Source: Auanema rhodensis (Eukaryota; Animalia; Nematoda). From it: a stretch of 64,000 nucleotides of DNA. Numbering within the stretch: the first letter of the stretch is position 1; each line of letters starts with the position of its first letter. Below are positions 24,301-38,000 of this stretch, one piece after another. Location: positions 21,080,001 through 21,144,000 of the forward strand of contig OZ059894.1 in assembly GCA_964057225.1 (NCBI GenBank), given 5' to 3'. The translations under genes and the position numbers were made by a program. The notes below the pieces were generated by a model. It saw nothing but the letters and a program-made list of their open reading frames with translations. It had not been told where the DNA came from and ran no database searches.

Positions 24301-25599
24301 AAAGACGATGGACAATGTTATTCAACGAAAAAATTAATTCTTCAGGGTGAAAATCGAGGATATAAGTGTGAACTTATATCAGTTGATATCTCGGTGCATT
24401 TTTAAGCTAGCGCAAATCTGATAACACAGATCGACGCAGCTTAAAAATCCGCATCGAATGCACTATACTACATTGAGAAACGCTTAATACAAAAATTAGT
24501 TATGATCGTTTGAAAAATGATGCATTAGTGTATGTTGAGTTTCCATGTACACTCAACATTGCTTCCAAAAACATTTTGACAAAAATTTTTTCGAAAAATT
24601 TCAAAATAATTTAGCAAAAAGTAGATGTTTTTAGATTCCTTTTTTCAAGGCAAAGACGATAGACAATGTTATTCAACGAAAAAATTAATTCTTCAGGGTG
24701 AAAATCGAGGATATAAGTGTGAACTTATATCAGTTGATATCTCGGTGCATTTTTAAGCTAGCGCAAATCTGATAACACAGATCGACGCAGCTTAAAAATC
24801 CGCATCGAATGCACTATACTACATTGAGAAACGCTTAATACAAAAATTAGTTATGATCGTTTGAAAAATGATGCATTAGTGTATGTTGAGTTTCCATGTA
24901 CACTCAACATTGCTTCCAAAAACATTTTGACAAAAATTTTTTCGAAAAATTTCAAAATAATTTAGCAAAAAGTAGATGTTTTTAGATTCCTTCTTTTCAA
25001 GGCAAAGACGATAGACAATGTTATTCAACGAAAAAATTAATTCTTCAGGGTGAAAATCGAGGATATAAGTGTGAACTTATATCAGTTGATATCTCGGTGC
25101 ATTTTTAAGCTAGCGCAAATCTGATAACACATATCGACGCAGCTTAAAAATCCGCATCGAATGCACTATACTACATTGAGAAACGCTTAATACAAAAATT
25201 AGTTATGATCGTTTGAAAAATGATGCATTAGTGTATGTTGAGTTTCCATGTACACTCAACATTGCTTCCAAAAACATTTTGACAAAAATTTTTTTGAAAA
25301 ATTTCAAAATAATTTAGCAAAAAGTAGATGTTTTTAGATTCCTTTTTTCAAGGCAAAGACGATGGACAATGTTATTCAACGAAAAAATTAATTCTTCAGG
25401 GTGAAAATCGAGGATATAAGTGTGAACTTATATCAGTTGATATCTCGGTGCATTTTTAAGCTAGCGCAAATCTGATAACACAGAACGACGCAGCTTAAAA
25501 ATCCGCATCGAATGCACTATACTACATTGAGAAACGCTTAATACAAAAATTAGTTATGATCGTTTGAAAAATGATGCATTAGTGTATGTTGAGTTTCCA

Positions 25600-28500
25600 T
25601 GTACACTCAACATTGCTTCCAAAAACATTTTGACAAAAATTTTTTCGAGAAATTTCAAAATAATTTAGCAAAAAGTAGATGTTTTTAGATTCCTTCTTTT
25701 CAAGGCAAAGACGATAGACAATGTTATTCAACGAAAAAATTAATTCTTCAGGGTGAAAATCGAGGATATAAGTGTGAACTTATATCAGTTGATATCTCGG
25801 TGCATTTTTAAGCTAGCGCAAATCTGATAACACAGATCGACGCAGCTTAAAAATCCGCAATGAATGCACTATACTACATTGAGAAACGCTTAATACAAAA
25901 ATTAGTTATGATCGTTTGAAAAATGATGCATTAGTGTATGTTGAGTTTCCATGTACACTCAACATTGCTTCCAAAAACATTTTGACAAAAATTTTTTCGA
26001 AAAATTTCAAAATAATTTAGCAAAAAGTAGATGTTTTTAGATTCCTTCTTTTCAAGGCAAAGACGATAGACAATGTTATTCAACGAAAAAATTAATTCTT
26101 CAGGGTGAAAATCGAGGATATAAGTGTGAACTTATATCAGTTGATATCTCGGTGCATTTTTAAGCTAGCGCAAATCTGATAACACATATCGACGCAGCTT
26201 AAAAATCCGCATCGAATGCACTATACTACATTGAGAAACGCTTAATACAAAAATTAGTTATGATCGTTTGAAAAATGATGCATTAGTGTATGTTGAGTTT
26301 CCATGTACACTCAACATTGCTTCCAAAAACATTTTGACAAAAATTTTTTTGAAAAATTTCAAAATAATTTAGCAAAAAGTAGATGTTTTTAGATTCCTTT
26401 TTTCAAGGCAAAGACGATGGACAATGTTATTCAACGAAAAAATTAATTCTTCAGGGTGAAAATCGAGGATATAAGTGTGAACTTATATCAGTTGATATCT
26501 CGGTGCATTTTTAAGCTAGCGCAAATCTGATAACACAGAACGACGCAGCTTAAAAATCCGCATCGAATGCACTATACTACATTGAGAAACGCTTAATACA
26601 AAAATTAGTTATGATCGTTTGAAAAATGATGCATTAGTGTATGTTGAGTTTCCATGTACACTCAACATTGCTTCCAAAAACATTTTGACAAAAATTTTTT
26701 CGAGAAATTTCAAAATAATTTAGCAAAAAGTAGATGTTTTTAGATTCCTTTTTTCAAGGCAAAGACGATGGACAATGTTATTCAACGAAAAAATTAATTC
26801 TTCAGGGTGAAAATCGAGGATATAAGTGTGAACTTATATCAGTTGATATCTCGGTGCATTTTTAAGCTAGCGCAAATCTGATAACACAGATCGACGCAGC
26901 TTAAAAATCCGCATCGAATGCACTATACTACATTGAGAAACGCTCAATACAAAAATTAGTTATGATCGTTTGAAAAATGATGCATTAGTGTATGTTGAGT
27001 TTCCATGTACACTCAACATTGCTTCCAAAAACATTTTGACAAAAATTTTTTCGAAAAATTTTAAAATAATTTAGCAAAAAGTAGATGTTTTTAGATTCCT
27101 TTTTTCAAGGCAAAGACGATGGACAATGTAATTCAACGAAAAAATTAATTCTTCAGGGTGAAAATCGAGGATATAAGTGTGAACTTATATCAGTTGATAT
27201 CTCGGTGCATTTTTAAGCTAGCGCAAATCTGATAACACAGAACGACGCAGCTTAAAAATTCGCATCGAATGCACTATACTACATTGAGAAACGCTTAATA
27301 CAAAAATTAGTTATGATCGTTTGAAAAATGATGCATTAGTGTATGTTGAGTTTCCATGTACACTCAACATTGCTTCCAAAAACATTTTGACAAAAATTTT
27401 TTCGAGAAATTTCAAAATAATTTAGCAAAAAGTAGATGTTTTTAGATTCCTTCTTTTCAAGGCAAAGACGATAGACAATGTTATTCAACGAAAAAATTAA
27501 TTCTTCAGGGTGAAAATCGAGGATATAAGTGTGAACTTATATCAGTTGATATCTCGGTGCATTTTTAAGCTAGCGCAAATCTGATAACACAGATCGACGC
27601 AGCTTAAAAATCCGCAATGAATGCACTATACTACATTGAGAAACGCTTAATACAAAAATTAGTTATGATCGTTTGAAAAATGATGCATTAGTGTATGTTG
27701 AGTTTCCATGTACACTCAACATTGCTTCCAAAAACATTTTGACAAAAATTTTTTCGAAAAATTTCAAAATAATTTAGCAAAAAGTAGATGTTTTTAGATT
27801 CCTTCTTTTCAAGGCAAAGACGATAGACAATGTTATTCAACGAAAAAATTAATTCTTCAGGGTGAAAATCGAGGATATAAGTGTGAACTTATATCAGTTG
27901 ATATCTCGGTGCATTTTTAAGCTAGCGCAAATCTGATAACACATATCGACGCAGCTTAAAAATCCGCATCGAATGCACTATACTACATTGAGAAACGCTT
28001 AATACAAAAATTAGTTATGATCGTTTGAAAAATGATGCATTAGTGTATGTTGAGTTTCCATGTACACTCAACATTGCTTCCAAAAACATTTTGACAAAAA
28101 TTTTTTTGAAAAATTTCAAAATAATTTAGCAAAAAGTAGATGTTTTTAGATTCCTTTTTTCAAGGCAAAGACGATGGACAATGTTATTCAACGAAAAAAT
28201 TAATTCTTCAGGGTGAAAATCGAGGATATAAGTGTGAACTTATATCAGTTGATATCTCGGTGCATTTTTAAGCTAGCGCAAATCTGATAACACAGAACGA
28301 CGCAGCTTAAAAATCCGCATCGAATGCACTATACTACATTGAGAAACGCTTAATACAAAAATTAGTTATGATCGTTTGAAAAATGATGCATTAGTGTATG
28401 TTGAGTTTCCATGTACACTCAACATTGCTTCCAAAAACATTTTGACAAAAATTTTTTCGAGAAATTTCAAAATAATTTAGCAAAAAGTAGATGTTTTTAG

Positions 28501-29000
28501 ATTCCTTTTTTCAAGGCAAAGACGATGGACAATGTTATTCAACGAAAAAATTAATTCTTCAGGGTGAAAATCGAGGATATAAGTGTGAACTTATATCAGT
28601 TGATATCTCGGTGCATTTTTAAGCTAGCGCAAATCTGATAACACAGATCGACGCAGCTTAAAAATCCGCATCGAATGCACTATACTACATTGAGAAACGC
28701 TCAATACAAAAATTAGTTATGATCGTTTGAAAAATGATGCATTAGTGTATGTTGAGTTTCCATGTACACTCAACATTGCTTCCAAAAACATTTTGACAAA
28801 AATTTTTTCGAAAAATTTCAAAATAATTTAGCAAAAAGTAGATGTTTTTAGATTCCTTTTTTCAAGGCAAAGACGATGGACAATGTAATTCAACGAAAAA
28901 ATTAATTCTTCAGGGTGAAAATCGAGGATATAAGTGTGAACTTATATCAGTTGATATCTCGGTGCATTTTTAAGCTAGCGCAAATCTGATAACACAGAAC
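25600..29000 (+). repeat. Two tandem copies of a 5-monomer higher-order unit (1757 bp; two 352-bp monomers per unit)
   Basis: CCGCAATGAA at 25855 and 27612; paired CCTTCTTTT insertions near 25691/26041 and 27451/27801; AATGTAATT recurs at the same spacing. Boundaries are approximate. Confidence 0.85.
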
Positions 29001-32000
29001 GACGCAGCTTAAAAATTCGCATCGAATGCACTATACTACATTGAAAAACGCTTAATACAAAAATTAGTTATGATCGTTTGAAAAATGATGCATTAGTGTA
29101 TGTTGAGTTTCCATGTACACTCAACATTGCTTCCAAAAACATTTTGACAAAAATTTTTTCGAAAAATTTCGAAATAATTTAGCAAAAAGTAGATGTTTTT
29201 AGATTCCATTTTTCAAGGCAAAGACGATGAACAATGTTATTCAACGTAAAAATTAATTCTTCAGGGTGAAAATCGAGGATATAAGTGTGAACTTATATCA
29301 GTTGATATCTCGGTGCATTTTTAAGCTAGCGCAAATCTGATAACACAGATCGACGCAGCTTAAAAATCCGCATCGAATGCACTATACTACATTGAGAAAC
29401 GCTTAATACAAAAATTAGTTATGATCGTTTGAAAAATGATGCATTAGTGTATGTTGAGTTTCCATGTACACTCAACATTGCTTCCAAAAACATTTTGACA
29501 AAAATTTTTTCGAAAAATTTCAAAATAATTTAGCAAAAAGTAGATGTTTTTAGATTCCTTTTTTCAAGGCAAAGACGATGGACAATGTTATTCAACGAAA
29601 AAATTAATTCTTCAGGGTGAAAATCGAGGATATAAGTGTGAACTTATATCAGTTGATATCTCGGTGCATTTTTAAGCTAGCGCAAATCTGATAACACAGA
29701 TCGACGCAGCTTAAAAATCCGCATCGAATGCACTATACTACATTGAGAAACGCTCAATACAAAAATTAGTTATGATCGTTTGAAAAATGATGCATTAGTG
29801 TATGTTGAGTTTCCATGTACACTCAACATTGCTTCCAAAAACATTTTGACAAAAATTTTTTCGAAAAATTTCAAAATAATTTAGCAAAAAGTAGATGTTT
29901 TTAGATTCCTTTTTTCAAGGCAAAGACGATGGACAATGTAATTCAACGAAAAAATTAATTCTTCAGGGTGAAAATCGAGGATATAAGTGTGAACTTATAT
30001 CAGTTGATATCTCGGTGCATTTTTAAGCTAGCGCAAATCTGATAACACAGAACGACGCAGCTTAAAAATTCGCATCGAATGCACTATACTACATTGAAAA
30101 ACGCTTAATACAAAAATTAGTTATGATCGTTTGAAAAATGATGCATTAGTGTATGTTGAGTTTCCATGTACACTCAACATTGCTTCCAAAAACATTTTGA
30201 CAAAAATTTTTTCGAAAAATTTCGAAATAATTTAGCAAAAAGTAGATGTTTTTAGATTCCATTTTTCAAGGCAAAGACGATGAACAATGTTATTCAACGT
30301 AAAAATTAATTCTTCAGGGTGAAAATCGAGGATATAAGTGTGAACTTATATCAGTTGATATCTCGGTGCATTTTTAAGCTAGCGCAAATCTGATAACACA
30401 GATCGACGCAGCTTAAAAATCCGCATCGAATGCACTATACTACATTGAGAAACGCTTAATACAAAAATTAGTTATGATCGTTTGAAAAATGATGCATTAG
30501 TGTATGTTGAGTTTCCATGTACACTCAACATTGCTTCCAAAAACATTTTGACAAAAATTTTTTCGAAAAATTTCAAAATAATTTAGCAAAAAGTAGATGT
30601 TTTTAGATTCCTTTTTTCAAGGCAAAGACGATGGACAATGTTATTCAACGAAAAAATTAATTCTTCAGGGTGAAAATCGAGGATATAAGTGTGAACTTAT
30701 ATCAGTTGATATCTCGGTGCATTTTTAAGCTAGCGCAAATCTGATAACACAGATCGACGCAGCTTAAAAATCCGCATCGAATGCACTATACTACATTGAG
30801 AAACGCTCAATACAAAAATTAGTTATGATCGTTTGAAAAATGATGCATTAGTGTATGTTGAGTTTCCATGTACACTCAACATTGCTTCCAAAAACATTTT
30901 GACAAAAATTTTTTCGAAAAATTTCAAAATAATTTAGCAAAAAGTAGATGTTTTTAGATTCCTTTTTTCAAGGCAAAGACGATGGACAATGTAATTCAAC
31001 GAAAAAATTAATTCTTCAGGGTGAAAATCGAGGATATAAGTGTGAACTTATATCAGTTGATATCTCGGTGCATTTTTAAGCTAGCGCAAATCTGATAACA
31101 CAGAACGACGCAGCTTAAAAATTCGCATCGAATGCACTATACTACATTGAAAAACGCTTAATACAAAAATTAGTTATGATCGTTTGAAAAATGATGCATT
31201 AGTGTATGTTGAGTTTCCATGTACACTCAACATTGCTTCCAAAAACATTTTGACAAAAATTTTTTCGAGAAATTTCAAAATAATTTAGCAAAAAGTAGAT
31301 GTTTTTAGATTCCTTTTTTCAAGGCAAAGACGATGGACAATGTTATTCAACGAAAAAATTAATTCTTCAGGGTGAAAATCGAGGATATAAGTGTGAACTT
31401 ATATCAGTTGATATCTCGGTGCATTTTTAAGCTAGCGCAAATCTGATAACACAGATCGACGCAGCTTAAAAATCCGCATCGAATGCACTATACTACATTG
31501 AGAAACGCTTAATACAAAAATTAGTTATGATCGTTTGAAAAATGATGCATTAGTGTATGTTGAGTTTCCATGTACACTCAACATTGCTTCCAAAAACATT
31601 TTGACAAAAATTTTTTCGAAAAATTTCAAAATAATTTAGCAAAAAGTAGATGTTTTTAGATTCCTTTTTTCAAGGCAAAGACGATAGACAATGTTATTCA
31701 ACGAAAAAATTAATTCTTCAGGGTGAAAATCGAGGATATAAGTGTGAACTTATATCAGTTGATATCTCGGTGCATTTTTAAGCTAGCGCAAATCTGATAA
31801 CACAGATCGACGCAGCTTAAAAATCCGCATCGAATGCACTATACTACATTGAGAAACGCTTAATACAAAAATTAGTTATGATCGTTTGAAAAATGATGCA
31901 TTAGTGTATGTTGAGTTTCCATGTACACTCAACATTGCTTCCAAAAACATTTTGACAAAAATTTTTTCGAAAAATTTCAAAATAATTTAGCAAAAAGTAG

Positions 32001-35000
32001 ATGTTTTTAGATTCCTTCTTTTCAAGGCAAAGACGATAGACAATGTTATTCAACGAAAAAATTAATTCTTCAGGGTGAAAATCGAGGATATAAGTGTGAA
32101 CTTATATCAGTTGATATCTCGGTGCATTTTTAAGCTAGCGCAAATCTGATAACACATATCGACGCAGCTTAAAAATCCGCATCGAATGCACTATACTACA
32201 TTGAGAAACGCTTAATACAAAAATTAGTTATGATCGTTTGAAAAATGATGCATTAGTGTATGTTGAGTTTCCATGTACACTCAACATTGCTTCCAAAAAC
32301 ATTTTGACAAAAATTTTTTTGAAAAATTTCAAAATAATTTAGCAAAAAGTAGATGTTTTTAGATTCCTTTTTTCAAGGCAAAGACGATGGACAATGTTAT
32401 TCAACGAAAAAATTAATTCTTCAGGGTGAAAATCGAGGATATAAGTGTGAACTTATATCAGTTGATATCTCGGTGCATTTTTAAGCTAGCGCAAATCTGA
32501 TAACACAGAACGACGCAGCTTAAAAATCCGCATCGAATGCACTATACTACATTGAGAAACGCTTAATACAAAAATTAGTTATGATCGTTTGAAAAATGAT
32601 GCATTAGTGTATGTTGAGTTTCCATGTACACTCAACATTGCTTCCAAAAACATTTTGACAAAAATTTTTTCGAAAAATTTCAAAATAATTTAGCAAAAAG
32701 TAGATGTTTTTAGATTCCTTTTTTCAAGGCAAAGACGATGGACAATGTAATTCAACGAAAAAATTAATTCTTCAGGGTGAAAATCGAGGATATAAGTGTG
32801 AACTTATATCAGTTGATATCTCGGTGCATTTTTAAGCTAGCGCAAATCTGATAACACAGAACGACGCAGCTTAAAAATTCGCATCGAATGCACTATACTA
32901 CATTGAAAAACGCTTAATACAAAAATTAGTTATGATCGTTTGAAAAATGATGCATTAGTGTATGTTGAGTTTCCATGTACACTCAACATTGCTTCCAAAA
33001 ACATTTTGACAAAAATTTTTTCGAAAAATTTCAAAATAATTTAGCAAAAAGTAGATGTTTTTAGATTCCTTTTTTCAAGGCAAAGACGATAGACAATGTT
33101 ATTCAACGAAAAAATTAATTCTTCAGGGTGAAAATCGAGGATATAAGTGTGAACTTATATCAGTTGATATCTCGGTGCATTTTTAAGCTAGCGCAAATCT
33201 GATAACACATATCGACGCAGCTTAAAAATCCGCATCGAATGCACTATACTACATTGAGAAACGCTTAATACAAAAATTAGTTATGATCGTTTGAAAAATG
33301 ATGCATTAGTGTATGTTGAGTTTCCATGTACACTCAACATTGCTTCCAAAAACATTTTGACAAAAATTTTTTTGAAAAATTTCAAAATAATTTAGCAAAA
33401 AGTAGATGTTTTTAGATTCCTTTTTTCAAGGCAAAGACGATGGACAATGTTATTCAACGAAAAAATTAATTCTTCAGGGTGAAAATCGAGGATATAAGTG
33501 TGAACTTATATCAGTTGATATCTCGGTGCATTTTTAAGCTAGCGCAAATCTGATAACACAGAACGACGCAGCTTAAAAATCCGCATCGAATGCACTATAC
33601 TACATTGAGAAACGCTTAATACAAAAATTAGTTATGATCGTTTGAAAAATGATGCATTAGTGTATGTTGAGTTTCCATGTACACTCAACATTGCTTCCAA
33701 AAACATTTTGACAAAAATTTTTTCGAGAAATTTCAAAATAATTTAGCAAAAAGTAGATGTTTTTAGATTCCTTTTTTCAAGGCAAAGACGATGGACAATG
33801 TTATTCAACGAAAAAATTAATTCTTCAGGGTGAAAATCGAGGATATAAGTGTGAACTTATATCAGTTGATATCTCGGTGCATTTTTAAGCTAGCGCAAAT
33901 CTGATAACACAGATCGACGCAGCTTAAAAATCCGCATCGAATGCACTATACTACATTGAGAAACGCTCAATACAAAAATTAGTTATGATCGTTTGAAAAA
34001 TGATGCATTAGTGTATGTTGAGTTTCCATGTACACTCAACATTGCTTCCAAAAACATTTTGACAAAAATTTTTTCGAAAAATTTCAAAATAATTTAGCAA
34101 AAAGTAGATGTTTTTAGATTCCTTTTTTCAAGGCAAAGACGATGGACAATGTAATTCAACGAAAAAATTAATTCTTCAGGGTGAAAATCGAGGATATAAG
34201 TGTGAACTTATATCAGTTGATATCTCGGTGCATTTTTAAGCTAGCGCAAATCTGATAACACAGAACGACGCAGCTTAAAAATTCGCATCGAATGCACTAT
34301 ACTACATTGAAAAACGCTTAATACAAAAATTAGTTATGATCGTTTGAAAAATGATGCATTAGTGTATGTTGAGTTTCCATGTACACTCAACATTGCTTCC
34401 AAAAACATTTTGACAAAAATTTTTTCGAAAAATTTCGAAATAATTTAGCAAAAAGTAGATGTTTTTAGATTCCATTTTTCAAGGCAAAGACGATGGACAA
34501 TGTTATTCAACGTAAAAATTAATTCTTCAGGGTGAAAATCGAGGATATAAGTGTGAACTTATATCAGTTGATATCTCGGTGCATTTTTAAGCTAGCGCAA
34601 ATCTGATAACACAGATCGACGCAGCTTAAAAATCCGCATCGAATGCACTATACTACATTGAGAAACGCTTAATACAAAAATTAGTTATGATCGTTTGAAA
34701 AATGATGCATTAGTGTATGTTGAGTTTCCATGTACACTCAACATTGCTTCCAAAAACATTTTGACAAAAATTTTTTCGAAAAATTTCAAAATAATTTAGC
34801 AAAAAGTAGATGTTTTTAGATTCCTTTTTTCAAGGCAAAGACGATGGACAATGTTATTCAACGAAAAAATTAATTCTTCAGGGTGAAAATCGAGGATATA
34901 AGTGTGAACTTATATCAGTTGATATCTCGGTGCATTTTTAAGCTAGCGCAAATCTGATAACACAGATCGACGCAGCTTAAAAATCCGCATCGAATGCACT

Positions 35001-38000
35001 ATACTACATTGAGAAACGCTCAATACAAAAATTAGTTATGATCGTTTGAAAAATGATGCATTAGTGTATGTTGAGTTTCCATGTACACTCAACATTGCTT
35101 CCAAAAACATTTTGACAAAAATTTTTTCGAAAAATTTCAAAATAATTTAGCAAAAAGTAGATGTTTTTAGATTCCTTTTTTCAAGGCAAAGACGATGGAC
35201 AATGTAATTCAACGAAAAAATTAATTCTTCAGGGTGAAAATCGAGGATATAAGTGTGAACTTATATCAGTTGATATCTCGGTGCATTTTTAAGCTAGCGC
35301 AAATCTGATAACACAGAACGACGCAGCTTAAAAATTCGCATCGAATGCACTATACTACATTGAGAAACGCTTAATACAAAAATTAGTTATGATCGTTTGA
35401 AAAATGATGCATTAGTGTATGTTGAGTTTCCATGTACACTCAACATTGCTTCCAAAAACATTTTGACAAAAATTTTTTCGAAAACTTTCAAAATAATTTA
35501 GCAAAAAGTAGATGTTTTTAGATTCCTTTTTTCAAGGCAAAGACGATGGACAATGTAATTCAACGAAAAAATTAATTCTTCAGGGTGAAAATCGAGGATA
35601 TAAGTGTGAACTTATATCAGTTGATATCTCGGTGCATTTTTAAGCTAGCGCAAATCTGATAACACAGAACGACGCAGCTTAAAAATTCGCATCGAATGCA
35701 CTATACTACATTGAAAAACGCTTAATACAAAAATTAGTTATGATCGTTTGAAAAATGATGCATTAGTGTATGTTGAGTTTCCATGTACACTCAACATTGC
35801 TTCCAAAAACATTTTGACAAAAATTTTTTCGAAAAATTTCAAAATAATTTAGCAAAAAGTAGATGTTTTTAGATTCCTTTTTTCAAGGCAAAGACGATAG
35901 ACAATGTTATTCAACGAAAAAATTAATTCTTCAGGGTGAAAATCGAGGATATAAGTGTGAACTTATATCAGTTGATATCTCGGTGCATTTTTAAGCTAGC
36001 GCAAATCTGATAACACATATCGACGCAGCTTAAAAATTCGCATCGAATGCACTATATTACATTGAAAAACGCTTAATACAAAAATTAGTTATGATCGTTT
36101 GAAAAATGATGCATTAGTGTATGTTGAGTTTCCATGTACACTCAACATTGCTTCCAAAAACATTTTGACAAAAATTTTTTCGAAAAATTTCAAAATAATT
36201 TAGCAAAAAGTAGATGTTTTTAGATTCCTTTTTTCAAGGCAAAGACGATAGACAATGTTATTCAACGAAAAAATTAATTCTTCAGGGTGAAAATCGAGGA
36301 TATAAGTGTGAACTTATATCAGTTGATATCTCGGTGCATTTTTAAGCTAGCGCAAATCTGATAACACATATCGACGCAGCTTAAAAATCCGCATCGAATG
36401 CACTATACTACATTGAGAAACGCTCAATACAAAAATTAGTTATGATCGTTTGAAAAATGATGCATTAGTGTATGTTGAGTTTCCATGTACACTCAACATT
36501 GCTTCCAAAAACATTTTGACAAAAATTTTTTCGAGAAATTTCAAAATAATTTAGCAAAAAGTAGATGTTTTTAGATTCCTTTTTTCAAGGCAAAGACGAT
36601 GGACAATGTTATTCAACGAAAAAATTAATTCTTCAGGGTGAAAATCGAGGATATAAGTGTGAACTTATATCAGTTGATATCTCGGTGCATTTTTAAGCTA
36701 GCGCAAATCTGATAACACAGAACGACGCAGCTTAAAAATTCGCATCGAATGCACTATACTACATTGAAAAACGCTTAATACAAAAATTAGTTATGATCGT
36801 TTGAAAAATGATGCATTAGTGTATGTTGAGTTTCCATGTACACTCAACATTGCTTCCAAAAACATTTTGACAAAAATTTTTTCGAAAAATTTCGAAATAA
36901 TTTAGCAAAAAGTAGATGTTTTTAGATTCCATTTTTCAAGGCAAAGACGATGGACAATGTTATTCAACGTAAAAATTAATTCTTCAGGGTGAAAATCGAG
37001 GATATAAGTGTGAACTTATATCAGTTGATATCTCGGTGCATTTTTAAGCTAGCGCAAATCTGATAACACAGATCGACGCAGCTTAAAAATCCGCATCGAA
37101 TGCACTATACTACATTGAGAAACGCTTAATACAAAAATTAGTTATGATCGTTTGAAAAATGATGCATTAGTGTATGTTGAGTTTCCATGTACACTCAACA
37201 TTGCTTCCAAAAACATTTTGACAAAAATTTTTTCGAAAAATTTCAAAATAATTTAGCAAAAAGTAGATGTTTTTAGATTCCTTTTTTCAAGGCAAAGACG
37301 ATGGACAATGTAATTCAACGAAAAAATTAATTCTTCAGGGTGAAAATCGAGGATATAAGTGTGAACTTATATCAGTTGATATCTCGGTGCATTTTTAAGC
37401 TAGCGCAAATCTGATAACACAGAACGACGCAGCTTAAAAATTCGCATCGAATGCACTATACTACATTGAAAAACGCTTAATACAAAAATTAGTTATGATC
37501 GTTTGAAAAATGATGCATTAGTGTATGTTGAGTTTCCATGTACACTCAACATTGCTTCCAAAAACATTTTGACAAAAATTTTTTCGAAAAATTTCAAAAT
37601 AATTTAGCAAAAAGTAGATGTTTTTAGATTCCTTTTTTCAAGGCAAAGACGATAGACAATGTTATTCAACGAAAAAATTAATTCTTCAGGGTGAAAATCG
37701 AGGATATAAGTGTGAACTTATATCAGTTGATATCTCGGTGCATTTTTAAGCTAGCGCAAATCTGATAACACAGATCGACGCAGCTTAAAAATCCGCATCG
37801 AATGCACTATACTACATTGAGAAACGCTTAATACAAAAATTAGTTATGATCGTTTGAAAAATGATGCATTAGTGTATGTTGAGTTTCCATGTACACTCAA
37901 CATTGCTTCCAAAAACATTTTGACAAAAATTTTTTCGAAAAATTTCAAAATAATTTAGCAAAAAGTAGATGTTTTTAGATTCCTTTTTTCAAGGCAAAGA

